Below are positions 1-9,113 of a DNA stretch of 64,000 nt, piece after piece (position 1 is the first letter of the stretch; each line of letters opens with the position of its first letter). The position numbers and the translations under genes were made by a program. The DNA comes from an uncultured Bacteroidales bacterium (GTDB lineage: Bacteria > Bacteroidota > Bacteroidia > Bacteroidales > Paludibacteraceae): NCBI GenBank assembly GCA_902774995.1, contig CACYKR010000012.1, positions 121 to 64,120 of the forward strand, in the 5' to 3' direction. The notes under the pieces are model-generated. The model did no database searches and was not told where the DNA came from. It saw only the letters and a program-made list of their open reading frames with translations.

Positions 1-309
1 GAGGTCGTCGGCGCTGAAGTGCTCTTTCAGGCCGTACACGCCGTTTCGAATAGAATCCTGCCCGTTCTTTCCTCCGGGAAAAACATACCGGAGCTTTGAA
101 ATACGAAACTGTTTTGCATAGGCCCGGAGCACCTGCTCCCACCCTTCGATGCAAACGACGGCAATGGAGTCGATCTCCGGATGCTTTTCAAATGCCTCCA
201 GCGTATAGATGATCACCGGACGTTCATTTACGGTAAGAAACTGTTTCGGAATATCCTGGTGCATTCTGCTGCCGGATCCTCCTGCAATAAGAAGCGCTAT
301 ATTGGCCAT
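1..309 (-). CDS. IspD/TarI-family sugar-phosphate cytidylyltransferase, N-terminal 103 codons only (C-terminal part lies outside the window)
   Basis: Not in the ORF track because there is no stop in the window. My minus-strand translation from the ATG at 309-307 gives MANIALLIAGGSGSRMHQDIPKQFLTVNERPVIIYTLEAFEKHPEIDSIAVVC. This has the glycine-rich loop and layout typical of IspD/TarI cytidylyltransferases. Confidence 0.7.
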   Translation of the reverse strand, partial: MANIALLIAGGSGSRMHQDIPKQFLTVNERPVIIYTLEAFEKHPEIDSIAVVCIEGWEQVLRAYAKQFRISKLRYVFPGGKNGQDSIRNGVYGLKEHFSADDL

Positions 310-376
310 TTCTTTGTCCTCCCAAAATGTTATTCAGATGTGCTGCGGTCATTTTGATGTTCGTACGCCGTCCGCG

Positions 377-1513
377 TTATTCCTTTGGAATCATTCCCAC
401 AAACTCCGCCAGGCGGCGGCATGCGTTTCCGTCTCTGTATGTATAGAGCTTTTCGACAAATTCGCTTCGTTCTTCCCGATACTCGTCTTCTCCGTCGCAA
501 ACCGAGCGCAGGAATGCGATGAAATCGTCGATCGAGTACACTTTCATCCCCGGCGTATATGCGTTTATGATCTCATCCGGCATCGCGTGCTTGTAGTACT
601 CGAGATCCGAAAAATCAAACGCGACCGGCCTGTTGAGCATCAAAAAAGAAAAGGTCGAGGAAGAAAAATCACTCATCATGGCGTCGCAGTTCTTCATCAG
701 ACGATAATTGTCGATCCCCAGGGCTTTTACCTTGTCGCCGTCCAGAACCGCTATGTGGCCCATGTCCGTAAGCCCCTGATAGGTTTCTTTTCGCTGCATG
801 GGATGGATTTTGATGATGAGAAGGCAGTCATGCTCCCGGCAGAAGGAATCTATGCGTTCGAGCTGTTCTCTTGTTTTAACCAGCGGGATGCCGAACGGCA
901 TCTCATCCGTGCTGTCGTTTCTGCTCATGCTGTTGGAGCGGAGAGTCGGCATCCACAGCACATATTTGGAATAGCGGGTCTGCCTGATGCGAGAACACTC
1001 ATCCGCAGAGCTGTTTATGATATTGTCATCGGACGGAAAACCGATATGAAGCATCCTGTCGTTGGGGTGCGGAATGGACAGATTCCAGCACAAGTCCGGA
1101 TCATGCCATTCAGAGGGAGAGAGAATATAGTCGACATAGTCCGGAACGGAGATCAGACCGTGCGCGTAGGAAGAACCGGTCATGACAAAGCCGTTCAACA
1201 GACCGCTAACGCTGTTAGATGTCAGACCGCCTGCGGCTGACAGACCGTCCTGCGGACTGTTAGATTCCTCTTTATAATCATTGAAATCACCGCGGGAGTG
1301 TTCGCCTCGGAGAGCAAGCCCAAGGTGTGAAGGACGGATAACCGTATCGCCCTTATGGAGCAGCCAATAGACGGGCCTGCCGTCCTGCACGTCGAAATAG
1401 GCAGCGAGGTTGAGTGACGGGGATTCCACTTTTTCTATGGAGTACAAGAACCCCACCCGGCCTCCCCACAAGGGGAGGAGAAAAAGACTAAAGACTAAAA
1501 TGTACTTCTTCAT
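377..1513 (-). CDS. CDP-glycerol glycerophosphotransferase family protein (TagB/TagF-like) with an N-terminal hydrophobic anchor
   Basis: ORF 377..1522. The ATG at 1513 (MKKYILVF) is preferred over the TTG at 1522. C-terminal motifs IKIHPMQ and MSDFSSSTFSFLMLNRPVAFDFSDLEYY match the Glyphos_transf pattern (KxHP; DYSS..FDF..L.RP). Confidence 0.7.
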   Translation of the reverse strand: MKKYILVFSLFLLPLWGGRVGFLYSIEKVESPSLNLAAYFDVQDGRPVYWLLHKGDTVIRPSHLGLALRGEHSRGDFNDYKEESNSPQDGLSAAGGLTSNSVSGLLNGFVMTGSSYAHGLISVPDYVDYILSPSEWHDPDLCWNLSIPHPNDRMLHIGFPSDDNIINSSADECSRIRQTRYSKYVLWMPTLRSNSMSRNDSTDEMPFGIPLVKTREQLERIDSFCREHDCLLIIKIHPMQRKETYQGLTDMGHIAVLDGDKVKALGIDNYRLMKNCDAMMSDFSSSTFSFLMLNRPVAFDFSDLEYYKHAMPDEIINAYTPGMKVYSIDDFIAFLRSVCDGEDEYREERSEFVEKLYTYRDGNACRRLAEFVGMIPKE

Positions 1514-1519
1514 AATTCT

Positions 1520-1560
1520 CAAATTTCAAATATCAAATTTCAAATTTTCAATACTCAATT
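1520..1560. repeat. Degenerate 7-nt tandem repeat (caaattt-like, about 6 units) spanning the GH66 stop codon and the intergenic region
   Basis: Direct reading: caaattt caaatat caaattt caaatttt caatact caatt. Confidence 0.8.
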
Positions 1561-3347
1561 ACTATCATGGTCCAGTATTGGATAGCGGGGAGAGTCATCG
1601 ACACCTGTCCGCCGCTATATTCGAAATCCGTCACCTGCTCGGCTCCCTGCCGATCATCGGGCGTAGCGACCCATATCCGTACCGGTTGTTTGTCCGCGGC
1701 GAAGGTAATCGGTATATTCCTCAGGAGCGGTTGGGGCGCCTGGTCTCCGTCGGTGTCGCACCAGTCCAGATGGGTGGCATGGCGGTAGGAGAGCAGATGA
1801 ATCACGTCACGCGAACCCACATGGCGTCCTACCGTAGCGATTTGGTTCATCTGCGGTCCCCATTGGTTGAAGACGCACCGCTCGTCCGTACTCGTGACAT
1901 CCACGCCGAACCAGTCGGTGTTGATTTCCGCAACGGCCACCTCCGGCCTCAGCAGGTTCTCGTACGCCACGGCGAAATCATAATAGCGTATCATCGCCCG
2001 TTTGAGTTCTCCCGTCATGGAGAGGTTGTCATCGGGGAAATACTCATGGCATAGCATATGCTCGCCCATCTGGAGTATCGTACCGCCCCACGCCGAAGCG
2101 GCAGCGGTAGCCATCAGGATACCCGGAGTGTTGAAATAGCCCCGCCCCTTTTGGCCGTAGTCGTAGTTGAGATAGGCAGCCAACACCGTCTGCTTGCCTC
2201 CCGACCAGGAGGCGTTGTCGGTGATGATATCCGAGAAGATGGAATAGCCGTCGGTGTCGGAATGGTCCCACACCTCGGTATAGCAGAAGTCCACGGGTGC
2301 GGAGGCGATCTGTCCCTGCTGGCCGTACTGCCCTACGGCGTTCATGACAATCCTTTTGGCGGGTTGTGCGGTTTTCTCCTCGGCGATGAACGAACCGAAA
2401 GCGGCCTGCACATCAACCTCCCTGCCCGAATAGTCATAGACCGTCGTCGGACGCGCGCCCAACTGGTCTATCTGCCATCCGTCGAAATCAAAGACGGCAT
2501 AGACCTCGTCGTTCCGGGCGCGCAGGTATTCGCGCCACCCCGGATGGTGCATATCCGCGAGATAGATAGCGCTCTTGAAAGGCGAGCCGAGGGGGTGGTT
2601 GTCTATCCGGCTATGGTTGCGGTCGGTATAGAGCAGCCACTCGCGGGACACGTCGTCCGTAGCGAAATCCTCCAGACAGCCGTACCCTAAGTTATAGAAC
2701 AGGGTCACCATCCCGCGGTTATGCGCTCCGTCTATATACCGCTGCACTGTAGAGCGGTAGCAGTTACGGGAGATGATATCCGTCCAGCTGTCCATCGGCT
2801 GGGTGGCGGAGCCTGCAAGCGGATGATGGTGCTTCCAATGCCAATCCTGGAACTGCACATAGTTGATATGATAGCGGTTGAGGTCATTCAGGATGGTGTT
2901 CATCTCCCCTTCCGAGATAGCTCCGTAGGACGACAGGAAGCCGTTACGGGGAAAACGTGAGGGCTCGGACGACACGTCGATACCCACCGACGCAATGACA
3001 GAGTCACGCCCGTCCACCGTAGCGTAGAGCTGGGCCATATACCCCCGGAAATCCTCCGCAGGCGGCTGCCACGTCCAGGAAGAGGCAGAGACAGACGCGC
3101 TCTCAAGCTCCTGTCCCAGATGCATATACCGCACCTTCACCGCCGTCTCCGGCAGGTTATTGACAGAGAGAGTCACTTTCTGACCCGGTTTGTAAGCCGC
3201 CTTGTCGGTAGAGAGCATATAAGGGATATAACTCTCGCCGTACGTAACCGGATTTTGCTCCGGCTCTATGAGGTTGCAGGAAGACAGGAAAAGGGGCAAA
3301 GCCACAATGTACAATGTACAAAGGATATTTCGGATAATCTGTTTCAT
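1548..3347 (-). CDS. Glycoside hydrolase family 66 (dextranase-like) lipoprotein
   Basis: 599-aa ORF with a lipoprotein signal (LFLSSC). The motif region NRYHINYVQFQDWHWKHHHPLAG is as I recall for GH66 dextranases. It is the last gene of the SusC/D operon, and its ATG overlaps the upstream stop (ATGA). Confidence 0.75.
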   Translation of the reverse strand: MKQIIRNILCTLYIVALPLFLSSCNLIEPEQNPVTYGESYIPYMLSTDKAAYKPGQKVTLSVNNLPETAVKVRYMHLGQELESASVSASSWTWQPPAEDFRGYMAQLYATVDGRDSVIASVGIDVSSEPSRFPRNGFLSSYGAISEGEMNTILNDLNRYHINYVQFQDWHWKHHHPLAGSATQPMDSWTDIISRNCYRSTVQRYIDGAHNRGMVTLFYNLGYGCLEDFATDDVSREWLLYTDRNHSRIDNHPLGSPFKSAIYLADMHHPGWREYLRARNDEVYAVFDFDGWQIDQLGARPTTVYDYSGREVDVQAAFGSFIAEEKTAQPAKRIVMNAVGQYGQQGQIASAPVDFCYTEVWDHSDTDGYSIFSDIITDNASWSGGKQTVLAAYLNYDYGQKGRGYFNTPGILMATAAASAWGGTILQMGEHMLCHEYFPDDNLSMTGELKRAMIRYYDFAVAYENLLRPEVAVAEINTDWFGVDVTSTDERCVFNQWGPQMNQIATVGRHVGSRDVIHLLSYRHATHLDWCDTDGDQAPQPLLRNIPITFAADKQPVRIWVATPDDRQGAEQVTDFEYSGGQVSMTLPAIQYWTMIVIEY

Positions 3348-4459
3348 AGCCGTACAAAGGAAATAGTGGTGTCATTGATGTTGATTCGTATAGACCAATC
3401 GCCGCTCTCGGGGATGAGCCATTTGTTGTCGGGGTCTCCGGCGTGTGCGTCAAAAGTTCCCTTTGCGGCGGGCGCACAGTCGGGCATAGGAGCATAAAGC
3501 ATCTCGCCGGACCAGTCGGACTTGATCTCCGTGGGGAACTTGAGCTGTCCGGCAGCAAGCGGACCCTCGTAGGTAAAGACATTCTCCTCGGGGTGGCTCA
3601 TCTCCGTGAGGTTATCCCAGCTCCAGCCTCCCGGAGCGGCGTCGCCGATCATATAGATATGACTGTATGCCTCACCACCGAGATAAGCCACCTCTATCGT
3701 CAGCGCCTCCACATCGGCGGTGATCCGGTAAGTGCCGGTCCTGGCGATCGTCCATTTGAAATCCGGATAACGCTCCTCGCTGTCACGATAGACCATCTTC
3801 GTGTTATTCATAGTGTCTCTCACGAAGCAGGGGATCCAGTCTTCGGTACCGGTCATGAGTTTGAACTCGCCCTTGTGAAGTTGCCCCGTCCAGGAGAAAG
3901 TGGTGAAGTTGTCCATATCTATCACCATCGGTGTAGCCCGGCCGAGATTCCAGCCGCCGGGTGTAGCATCGCCGACAAGGAACAGCTCCGTCATCATGGT
4001 GGCATTCCAAGCCATAGCGACCGTAACCACCGGAGATATCTGCTCCTCCCCGGTCTGGAGGACGGTAGCACGTACGCGCCATTCAAAGAGCACGTACGTG
4101 TCCGCTTTTATTTCAGGAAAAGTGAGGAATAGCGTGTCCGCCATCTGCTGATGGCTCAGCACTAAAGTCCGGTCAGCCGTACGACCTATCTCCCACCGGA
4201 GTCCGCCCTGAAAGTCATTGCCGGCAAGGTCCGTCTCCACCGTATAGGCGATAGCGGAACCGGTACCGTGATTCGTCCCTGCCGTCCACGAAAGCTCCAG
4301 CGCCGCCAGATCTTTGTAGATCGGCAAGCACCGCACGGAGTCACGCGAGACAGTGAGTGCCAGAGGTTTCTCCTCTACCTGCTCCAGAGGCTTCTCGCAA
4401 GAAAACAAAAGAAGTGACAAAGTGACCAAGTACAAAGTACTAAGAATTATGTTTTTCAT
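3344..4459 (-). CDS. SusE/SusF-like outer-membrane glycan-binding lipoprotein
   Basis: 371 aa with a lipoprotein signal (LLLFSC). It lies immediately downstream of SusD. The sequence is repetitive and beta-rich with paired FLVGDATPGGWN / IYMIGDAAPGGWSW motifs, typical of SusE/F-type tandem carbohydrate-binding domains. Confidence 0.6.
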   Translation of the reverse strand: MKNIILSTLYLVTLSLLLFSCEKPLEQVEEKPLALTVSRDSVRCLPIYKDLAALELSWTAGTNHGTGSAIAYTVETDLAGNDFQGGLRWEIGRTADRTLVLSHQQMADTLFLTFPEIKADTYVLFEWRVRATVLQTGEEQISPVVTVAMAWNATMMTELFLVGDATPGGWNLGRATPMVIDMDNFTTFSWTGQLHKGEFKLMTGTEDWIPCFVRDTMNNTKMVYRDSEERYPDFKWTIARTGTYRITADVEALTIEVAYLGGEAYSHIYMIGDAAPGGWSWDNLTEMSHPEENVFTYEGPLAAGQLKFPTEIKSDWSGEMLYAPMPDCAPAAKGTFDAHAGDPDNKWLIPESGDWSIRININDTTISFVRL

Positions 4460-4460
4460 A

Positions 4461-5957
4461 TTACCAACCGGGATTTTGTGTTAATAACTCGTTCGCTTCC
4501 ATTTCCTGCATAGGTATCGGGAAAAGGAGGTGTTTGGTAGTAGCCGCCGTCTTGCCTATCGAGTGCAGATAGGTCAAAGCGTAGTTATCGGGATAACGGA
4601 GCATGTCGAACCACCGGTGTCCCTCGAAAGCGAGTTCAACCCGCCGCTCATGGATGATCCGCTCGCGCATCTGCGCCTGGGTGAGTCCTTCTATCTGCGC
4701 CCGGCTGGTCAGTCCGGCGCGTTTGCGCACCTGGTAGAGCGGTTCCTCCGCCTCCGCCGTACGCCCTAACTCATTGAGCGCCTCCGCTTTCATCAGCAGC
4801 ACATCGGCGTAACGGGTTACCACCCAGTTCTGGTTGGAGGTGTTGTAATCCGGCGACTGCGTCTTCGACAGCAGAAACTTGCGGACGTTATAGCCGGTAG
4901 TGGACCACGTGCCGGAATACGTGTAGCCGTCAAAGGTGGGACAACCGGTATAGAAGACCGTCAGATCCTTGCGCAAATCCCCCGGCTCGTACTGACTGAC
5001 GAACTCCGCGGTAGGCTGGTTCCACCCGTAGCATCCGGCTGCCATACCGGAGTTACGCGGACCCTGATAGGTGCTGATCCACGAAGCCTGGTTCTCGTTG
5101 GACCAGAAATCCTTGTTGGTTTTGCCGTAATACTGCACCTCAAAAATCGACTCCACTCCGTTCTGTTTGGCGGGGTTGAAGTTATCAGCGTAGTTGGAAG
5201 CCAACTGGTATCCCATCTCGCCTATCGCCGTGCAGAGGCGTACCACCTCGTTGTAACCCGCTGTATTGGGCTGATAGGTCATATAGACGCGTGCCAGCTC
5301 CGCCATAGCAGCTTCCTGCGTAGCGCGCCCAATGTCTTTGGAAGCATACTTGCTGCGCTGCGGCAGGTAGGCGATAGCCTGCTTGAGATCGTCGATGATA
5401 AGCGCATAGACCTCGTCCGCCGAGGCACGGCGCATCTTCAGTTCGCTCTCCGCCGTGAGCGGTTCGGTAGGCATCGGCACCCCGCCGAAGAGACGCACCA
5501 GAATAAAATAGTAATGCGCCCTCAGGAAATGCGCCTCGCCCAGAAGACGGGTCTTGAGATCATTGTCTATATCCATCTGCGGCACGTTCGCCAAGACGAA
5601 GTTGCAACGCAGGATACCCGGAGACGGACCTCTCCACAGGTCCAGCGCTGCGAAGTTATCCGACGTGGCGATGAAATTCGCCATCTCCACCGTCTCCAAG
5701 CCGTCGGTACCGCCACCGGCACCCACAACACTCTCGCCGGCGATGATATCCAGCGTCCAGATACGCATATTATACAGTTTGGGCCACTGAAGAGGCTGGT
5801 AGCACGCGTTTACCGCCGCTATGGCGTCCGCCTCAGTCTGGAAACCGTTGGTCGTATCCACCGAATCCCAGGGCTGCCGGTCCAGGAAATTACAAGCCAA
5901 TGTACAAAGGGACAACGTACAAAGTACAATATATCGGTATAGTCGTTTTGTATTCAT
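4461..5957 (-). CDS. SusD/RagB-family nutrient-binding outer-membrane lipoprotein
   Basis: 498 aa with a lipoprotein signal (LACN). The C-terminal ERRVELAFEGHRWFDMLR motif is characteristic of SusD-like proteins. It sits directly downstream of SusC. Confidence 0.9.
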   Translation of the reverse strand: MNTKRLYRYIVLCTLSLCTLACNFLDRQPWDSVDTTNGFQTEADAIAAVNACYQPLQWPKLYNMRIWTLDIIAGESVVGAGGGTDGLETVEMANFIATSDNFAALDLWRGPSPGILRCNFVLANVPQMDIDNDLKTRLLGEAHFLRAHYYFILVRLFGGVPMPTEPLTAESELKMRRASADEVYALIIDDLKQAIAYLPQRSKYASKDIGRATQEAAMAELARVYMTYQPNTAGYNEVVRLCTAIGEMGYQLASNYADNFNPAKQNGVESIFEVQYYGKTNKDFWSNENQASWISTYQGPRNSGMAAGCYGWNQPTAEFVSQYEPGDLRKDLTVFYTGCPTFDGYTYSGTWSTTGYNVRKFLLSKTQSPDYNTSNQNWVVTRYADVLLMKAEALNELGRTAEAEEPLYQVRKRAGLTSRAQIEGLTQAQMRERIIHERRVELAFEGHRWFDMLRYPDNYALTYLHSIGKTAATTKHLLFPIPMQEMEANELLTQNPGW

Positions 5958-5961
5958 AGCG

Positions 5962-8931
5962 TTAGAACATAATATTTATTCCGAAAGTAAAATTACGCGT
6001 GATAGGATAGACATTGCTGTCAATACCGCTTCCCCCTACCTCGGGATCGAGACCCGTATAGCGCGTGAGGGTATAGAGGTTCTGACCGGAGACGGAGAAA
6101 CGGACCTCCTCCATCAGCGCTTTCTTGGTCAGATGCTTGGGCAGGGTGTAACCGATCGTGATGCTCTTGAGGCGGAGATAATCCCCGCTTTCAAGGAACC
6201 GGTCGGAGACACGGTTGTTCTTGTTGGGATCGGAGAAGACGGCACGCGGCATGGTAGCGGAGCGGTAGTCCGGACGCCAGCGGTCAAGGACGGTTGTCAT
6301 CTGGTTCTGCGCCACCGACATCGCCTCCAGCGTGGAGCGGTTGCCGTTATAGATCTTGTTTCCGGCTGCGCCTTGCAGATATATCTCCACATCCACCCCA
6401 TAGAACTCAAAGCGGTTGTTCATGGAAAACGTCCAGCTGGGCGTAGGGGACCCCAGGACCGTACGGTCGTCCTCGTTGATAACGCCGTCGCTATTGAGGT
6501 CCTTGAAACGTATATCGCCGGGCTGGGTGGAGGTATAGGCATCGCTGCCGACCGTCTGCAGGGCGTGGCGGTCAACCTCCTCCTGGGTCTGGAAAATCCC
6601 GTCCGTCACATAGCCGTAGAAAGCCGCTACCGGGTAACCTACCCTGTGCGTGTTGCAGTCGAAATACATCGGTACATCGCCGTTGAGGGAGAGGATCCTG
6701 TTATGGTTATAGGCGAAATTGACCGTGGTAGTCCATGTGAGACGGCTGTTCTTGATATTCATACTGTTGAGACTGACCTCCACGCCGGTGTTACGCATCC
6801 GTCCGGCGTTGATACTCGGCACCGCCTCGTCCGAATAACCGCTGCTGATAGGCACGGACATCGGCACCAGCATATCATTGGTATTCTTGATATACCAGTC
6901 AACGGTTGCATGGAGGCGCTGGTCAAAGAGCGCCAGGTCTGCTCCTATATTGTATTGCTCCACTGTCTCCCACCGCACATTGGGGTTCGGGAGCACCCAC
7001 GGAGCCAGACCGGGCACCTGGGTGCCGCCAAAGAGGTACTGCACCGTCTGGAGCTGGGAGGCATAAGCGTAGTTGCCTACAGACGCCTGGTTACCCGTCA
7101 GACCGTATCCGGCACGGAGCTTGAGGTCGGAGAGCCAGAAGGTTTTCTTGAACCAGTGCTCCTCGCTCAACCGCCACGCTACTGCTACGGAGGGGAAATA
7201 GCCCCATCTGTTCTTCCTTGCGAACCGGCTGGAGCCGTCGGCGCGGAACGTGGCGGTTAGCAGGTAGCGGTTGTCATAGCCGTAGGTCACACGCCCCATG
7301 AAGGAGAGCAATGCCCAGTCGGACTTGTTGCCGCCCAGGGTAGGCTCCAGCAAACCGTTGCTCAACTGACGCGCCTCGGAGGAGATAAAGCCCTGTACCG
7401 CTCCATTCATGTACTCGTAGGTATTGGCCTGCATGGAAGAACCGATCATCGCCGTGAAGGCGTGTTTCTGCCGGAATGTCTTGACAAACGAGAGGGTGTT
7501 ATCCCATAGCCATGTGATACTCTTGTCAAAGGAGCGGGATGCCTGTGACTCCGGCTGGGCTATCGGTTTCCAGTCATAGGCAGGAGACCAGCCCTCTGTA
7601 TCCCAATACATGACCTGCATACCGAAAGTGGTCTTGAAAATCAGCCATTCCAAGGGCTTGATCTCCGCATAGATATTTCCCAAGAGGTTGTAACCCTTGG
7701 TCTTGCTGCTGTTCTCGTTCATCTTGCCTATCGGGTTGGCAATGTCGCCGACGTACATGGCCAATCCGGTCGGGCCTGCCCAGGTGCCGTCCTCATTATA
7801 TATCGCCTGCGTAGGCAGCGCGCGCATGGTATTCTGGATGTTGTATTCTCCGGCGGATTTGATATCATGGTTAAGCGAGAGCTTATGCCCGAACCGCAAC
7901 CAGTCAAAGAGCTGGGTGTCATGGTTGAACTGAAGCGTTATGCGGCGATAGTGGGTCGTCTTGATGATACCCCGTTGGTCAAAAAAGGCACCGGAGACAT
8001 AGAAATTGGATTTCTTCGTGCCCCCGGAGTAACTGAGACTGTAGTTCTGGGTAGGGGCGAACTGCCATAACTCCGACATCCAGTCAGTACCGTTTCCCAG
8101 CGCAGTGGGATCGGAGAAAGCGGCGTACTGCGGTTGCCCTGCCGCAGCCATCATTTCATTATGGAGCGAGGCGAACTGGGAGGCATTGAGCAAAGGCAGA
8201 GTGCGTTGGATACGGTCAAAACCGAAGGAGGCTTTGAGCGATATATGGCCTTTCTCGTTTTCTCCTTTTTTCGTTGTGATAATCACTACGCCGTACGCTC
8301 CGCGCGAACCGTAGATAGCAGTAGCGGAAGCGTCCTTGAGGACATCAATGCTGGCTACGTCGTCCATATTGATCATGTTCAGCGGCACATCGGTGGGCAC
8401 TCCGTCAATCACAATCAGCGGCTGGGAGTTATTGATACTACCTATACCGCGGATATTGAGGCTCACGTTGCTTCCCGGCGCACCGGATCCCGTGACCTGC
8501 AGACCTGCGGCACGGCCCTCCAGAGCTGCGCCGATAGAAGGAGCCGGAGTTTTCTGCAGGTCCTTGTCATTCACTTGGGCGATAGATCCGGTCAGGTCGC
8601 TTTTCTTCTGCACCCCGTAACCTACCACCACTACTTCCTCCAGCAGTTCGTTATCCTCTTTGAGCACTACGCGCATGCCGGACACGGCTGCCATACTCTG
8701 GGAGACATATCCCATGTAACTGATTTCCAACGTAGTGCCCTCGGAGACAGACAAGGTGAAATTACCGTCAAAGTCAGTGATGGTGCCGTTGGTTGTTCCT
8801 TTTTCCAGCACATTGGCTCCAATCACCGGTTCGCCCGCCTCATCCACCACTACGCCGCTCACTTGCGCGCTCGACGTAAGCACACAGGCGAACAACAGGA
8901 ATAATGCAGTGAGGATGGAAAATCTGTTCAT
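5962..8931 (-). CDS. SusC-family TonB-dependent outer-membrane transporter
   Basis: ORF 5962..9048. The start was moved to the ATG at 8931 (MNRFSILTALFLLFACVLTSSAQ). Supporting features are a carboxypeptidase-regulatory-like N-domain (VSGVVVDEAGEPVIGANVLEKGTTNGTITDFDGNF), a plug motif (VVVVGYGVQKKSDLTGS) and a terminal ...FGINIMF. Confidence 0.92.
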   Translation of the reverse strand: MNRFSILTALFLLFACVLTSSAQVSGVVVDEAGEPVIGANVLEKGTTNGTITDFDGNFTLSVSEGTTLEISYMGYVSQSMAAVSGMRVVLKEDNELLEEVVVVGYGVQKKSDLTGSIAQVNDKDLQKTPAPSIGAALEGRAAGLQVTGSGAPGSNVSLNIRGIGSINNSQPLIVIDGVPTDVPLNMINMDDVASIDVLKDASATAIYGSRGAYGVVIITTKKGENEKGHISLKASFGFDRIQRTLPLLNASQFASLHNEMMAAAGQPQYAAFSDPTALGNGTDWMSELWQFAPTQNYSLSYSGGTKKSNFYVSGAFFDQRGIIKTTHYRRITLQFNHDTQLFDWLRFGHKLSLNHDIKSAGEYNIQNTMRALPTQAIYNEDGTWAGPTGLAMYVGDIANPIGKMNENSSKTKGYNLLGNIYAEIKPLEWLIFKTTFGMQVMYWDTEGWSPAYDWKPIAQPESQASRSFDKSITWLWDNTLSFVKTFRQKHAFTAMIGSSMQANTYEYMNGAVQGFISSEARQLSNGLLEPTLGGNKSDWALLSFMGRVTYGYDNRYLLTATFRADGSSRFARKNRWGYFPSVAVAWRLSEEHWFKKTFWLSDLKLRAGYGLTGNQASVGNYAYASQLQTVQYLFGGTQVPGLAPWVLPNPNVRWETVEQYNIGADLALFDQRLHATVDWYIKNTNDMLVPMSVPISSGYSDEAVPSINAGRMRNTGVEVSLNSMNIKNSRLTWTTTVNFAYNHNRILSLNGDVPMYFDCNTHRVGYPVAAFYGYVTDGIFQTQEEVDRHALQTVGSDAYTSTQPGDIRFKDLNSDGVINEDDRTVLGSPTPSWTFSMNNRFEFYGVDVEIYLQGAAGNKIYNGNRSTLEAMSVAQNQMTTVLDRWRPDYRSATMPRAVFSDPNKNNRVSDRFLESGDYLRLKSITIGYTLPKHLTKKALMEEVRFSVSGQNLYTLTRYTGLDPEVGGSGIDSNVYPITRNFTFGINIMF

Positions 8932-8970
8932 ACAACTGTTTTTTAAGGTTAATAATTTCATAAATTGCTG

Positions 8971-8978
8971 CAAAGATA
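8971..8978 (-). promoter_or_regulatory. Candidate Bacteroidetes -7 promoter box (TATCTTTG) for the susC-like operon
   Basis: The minus strand reads gtagTATCTTTGcagc about 40 nt upstream of the susC ATG. The -33 element is only TTGC-like. Confidence 0.45.
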
Positions 8979-9040
8979 CTACATTTCGTGCAATTATGCA
9001 ACACGTCTCTTTGAAAAAGTAGTGATATACAGGTTTGCTA

Positions 9041-9071
9041 AAAAACATACACCGCTGGTTATCAGCGGTGT
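9041..9071 (-). terminator. Intrinsic terminator after the SusR-like regulator gene
   Basis: The minus-strand RNA reads ACACCGCUG-AUAAC-CAGCGGUGU (9-bp perfect stem) followed by AUGUUUUUU. Confidence 0.6.
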
Positions 9072-9113
9072 ATAAACAAAAACAAGGTAGTAAAAAAGTA
9101 GTGTGTATTTTAC

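Noticed and set aside
209-1240. 343-aa plus-strand ORF overlapping the TagF-like and TarI-like genes
   Set aside because: The opposite-strand genes carry the recognisable family motifs, and this ORF spans their intergenic gap without any motif.
5821-7260. 479-aa plus-strand ORF inside susC/susD
   Set aside because: It is a shadow ORF opposite a SusC-family gene with clear plug and barrel motifs.
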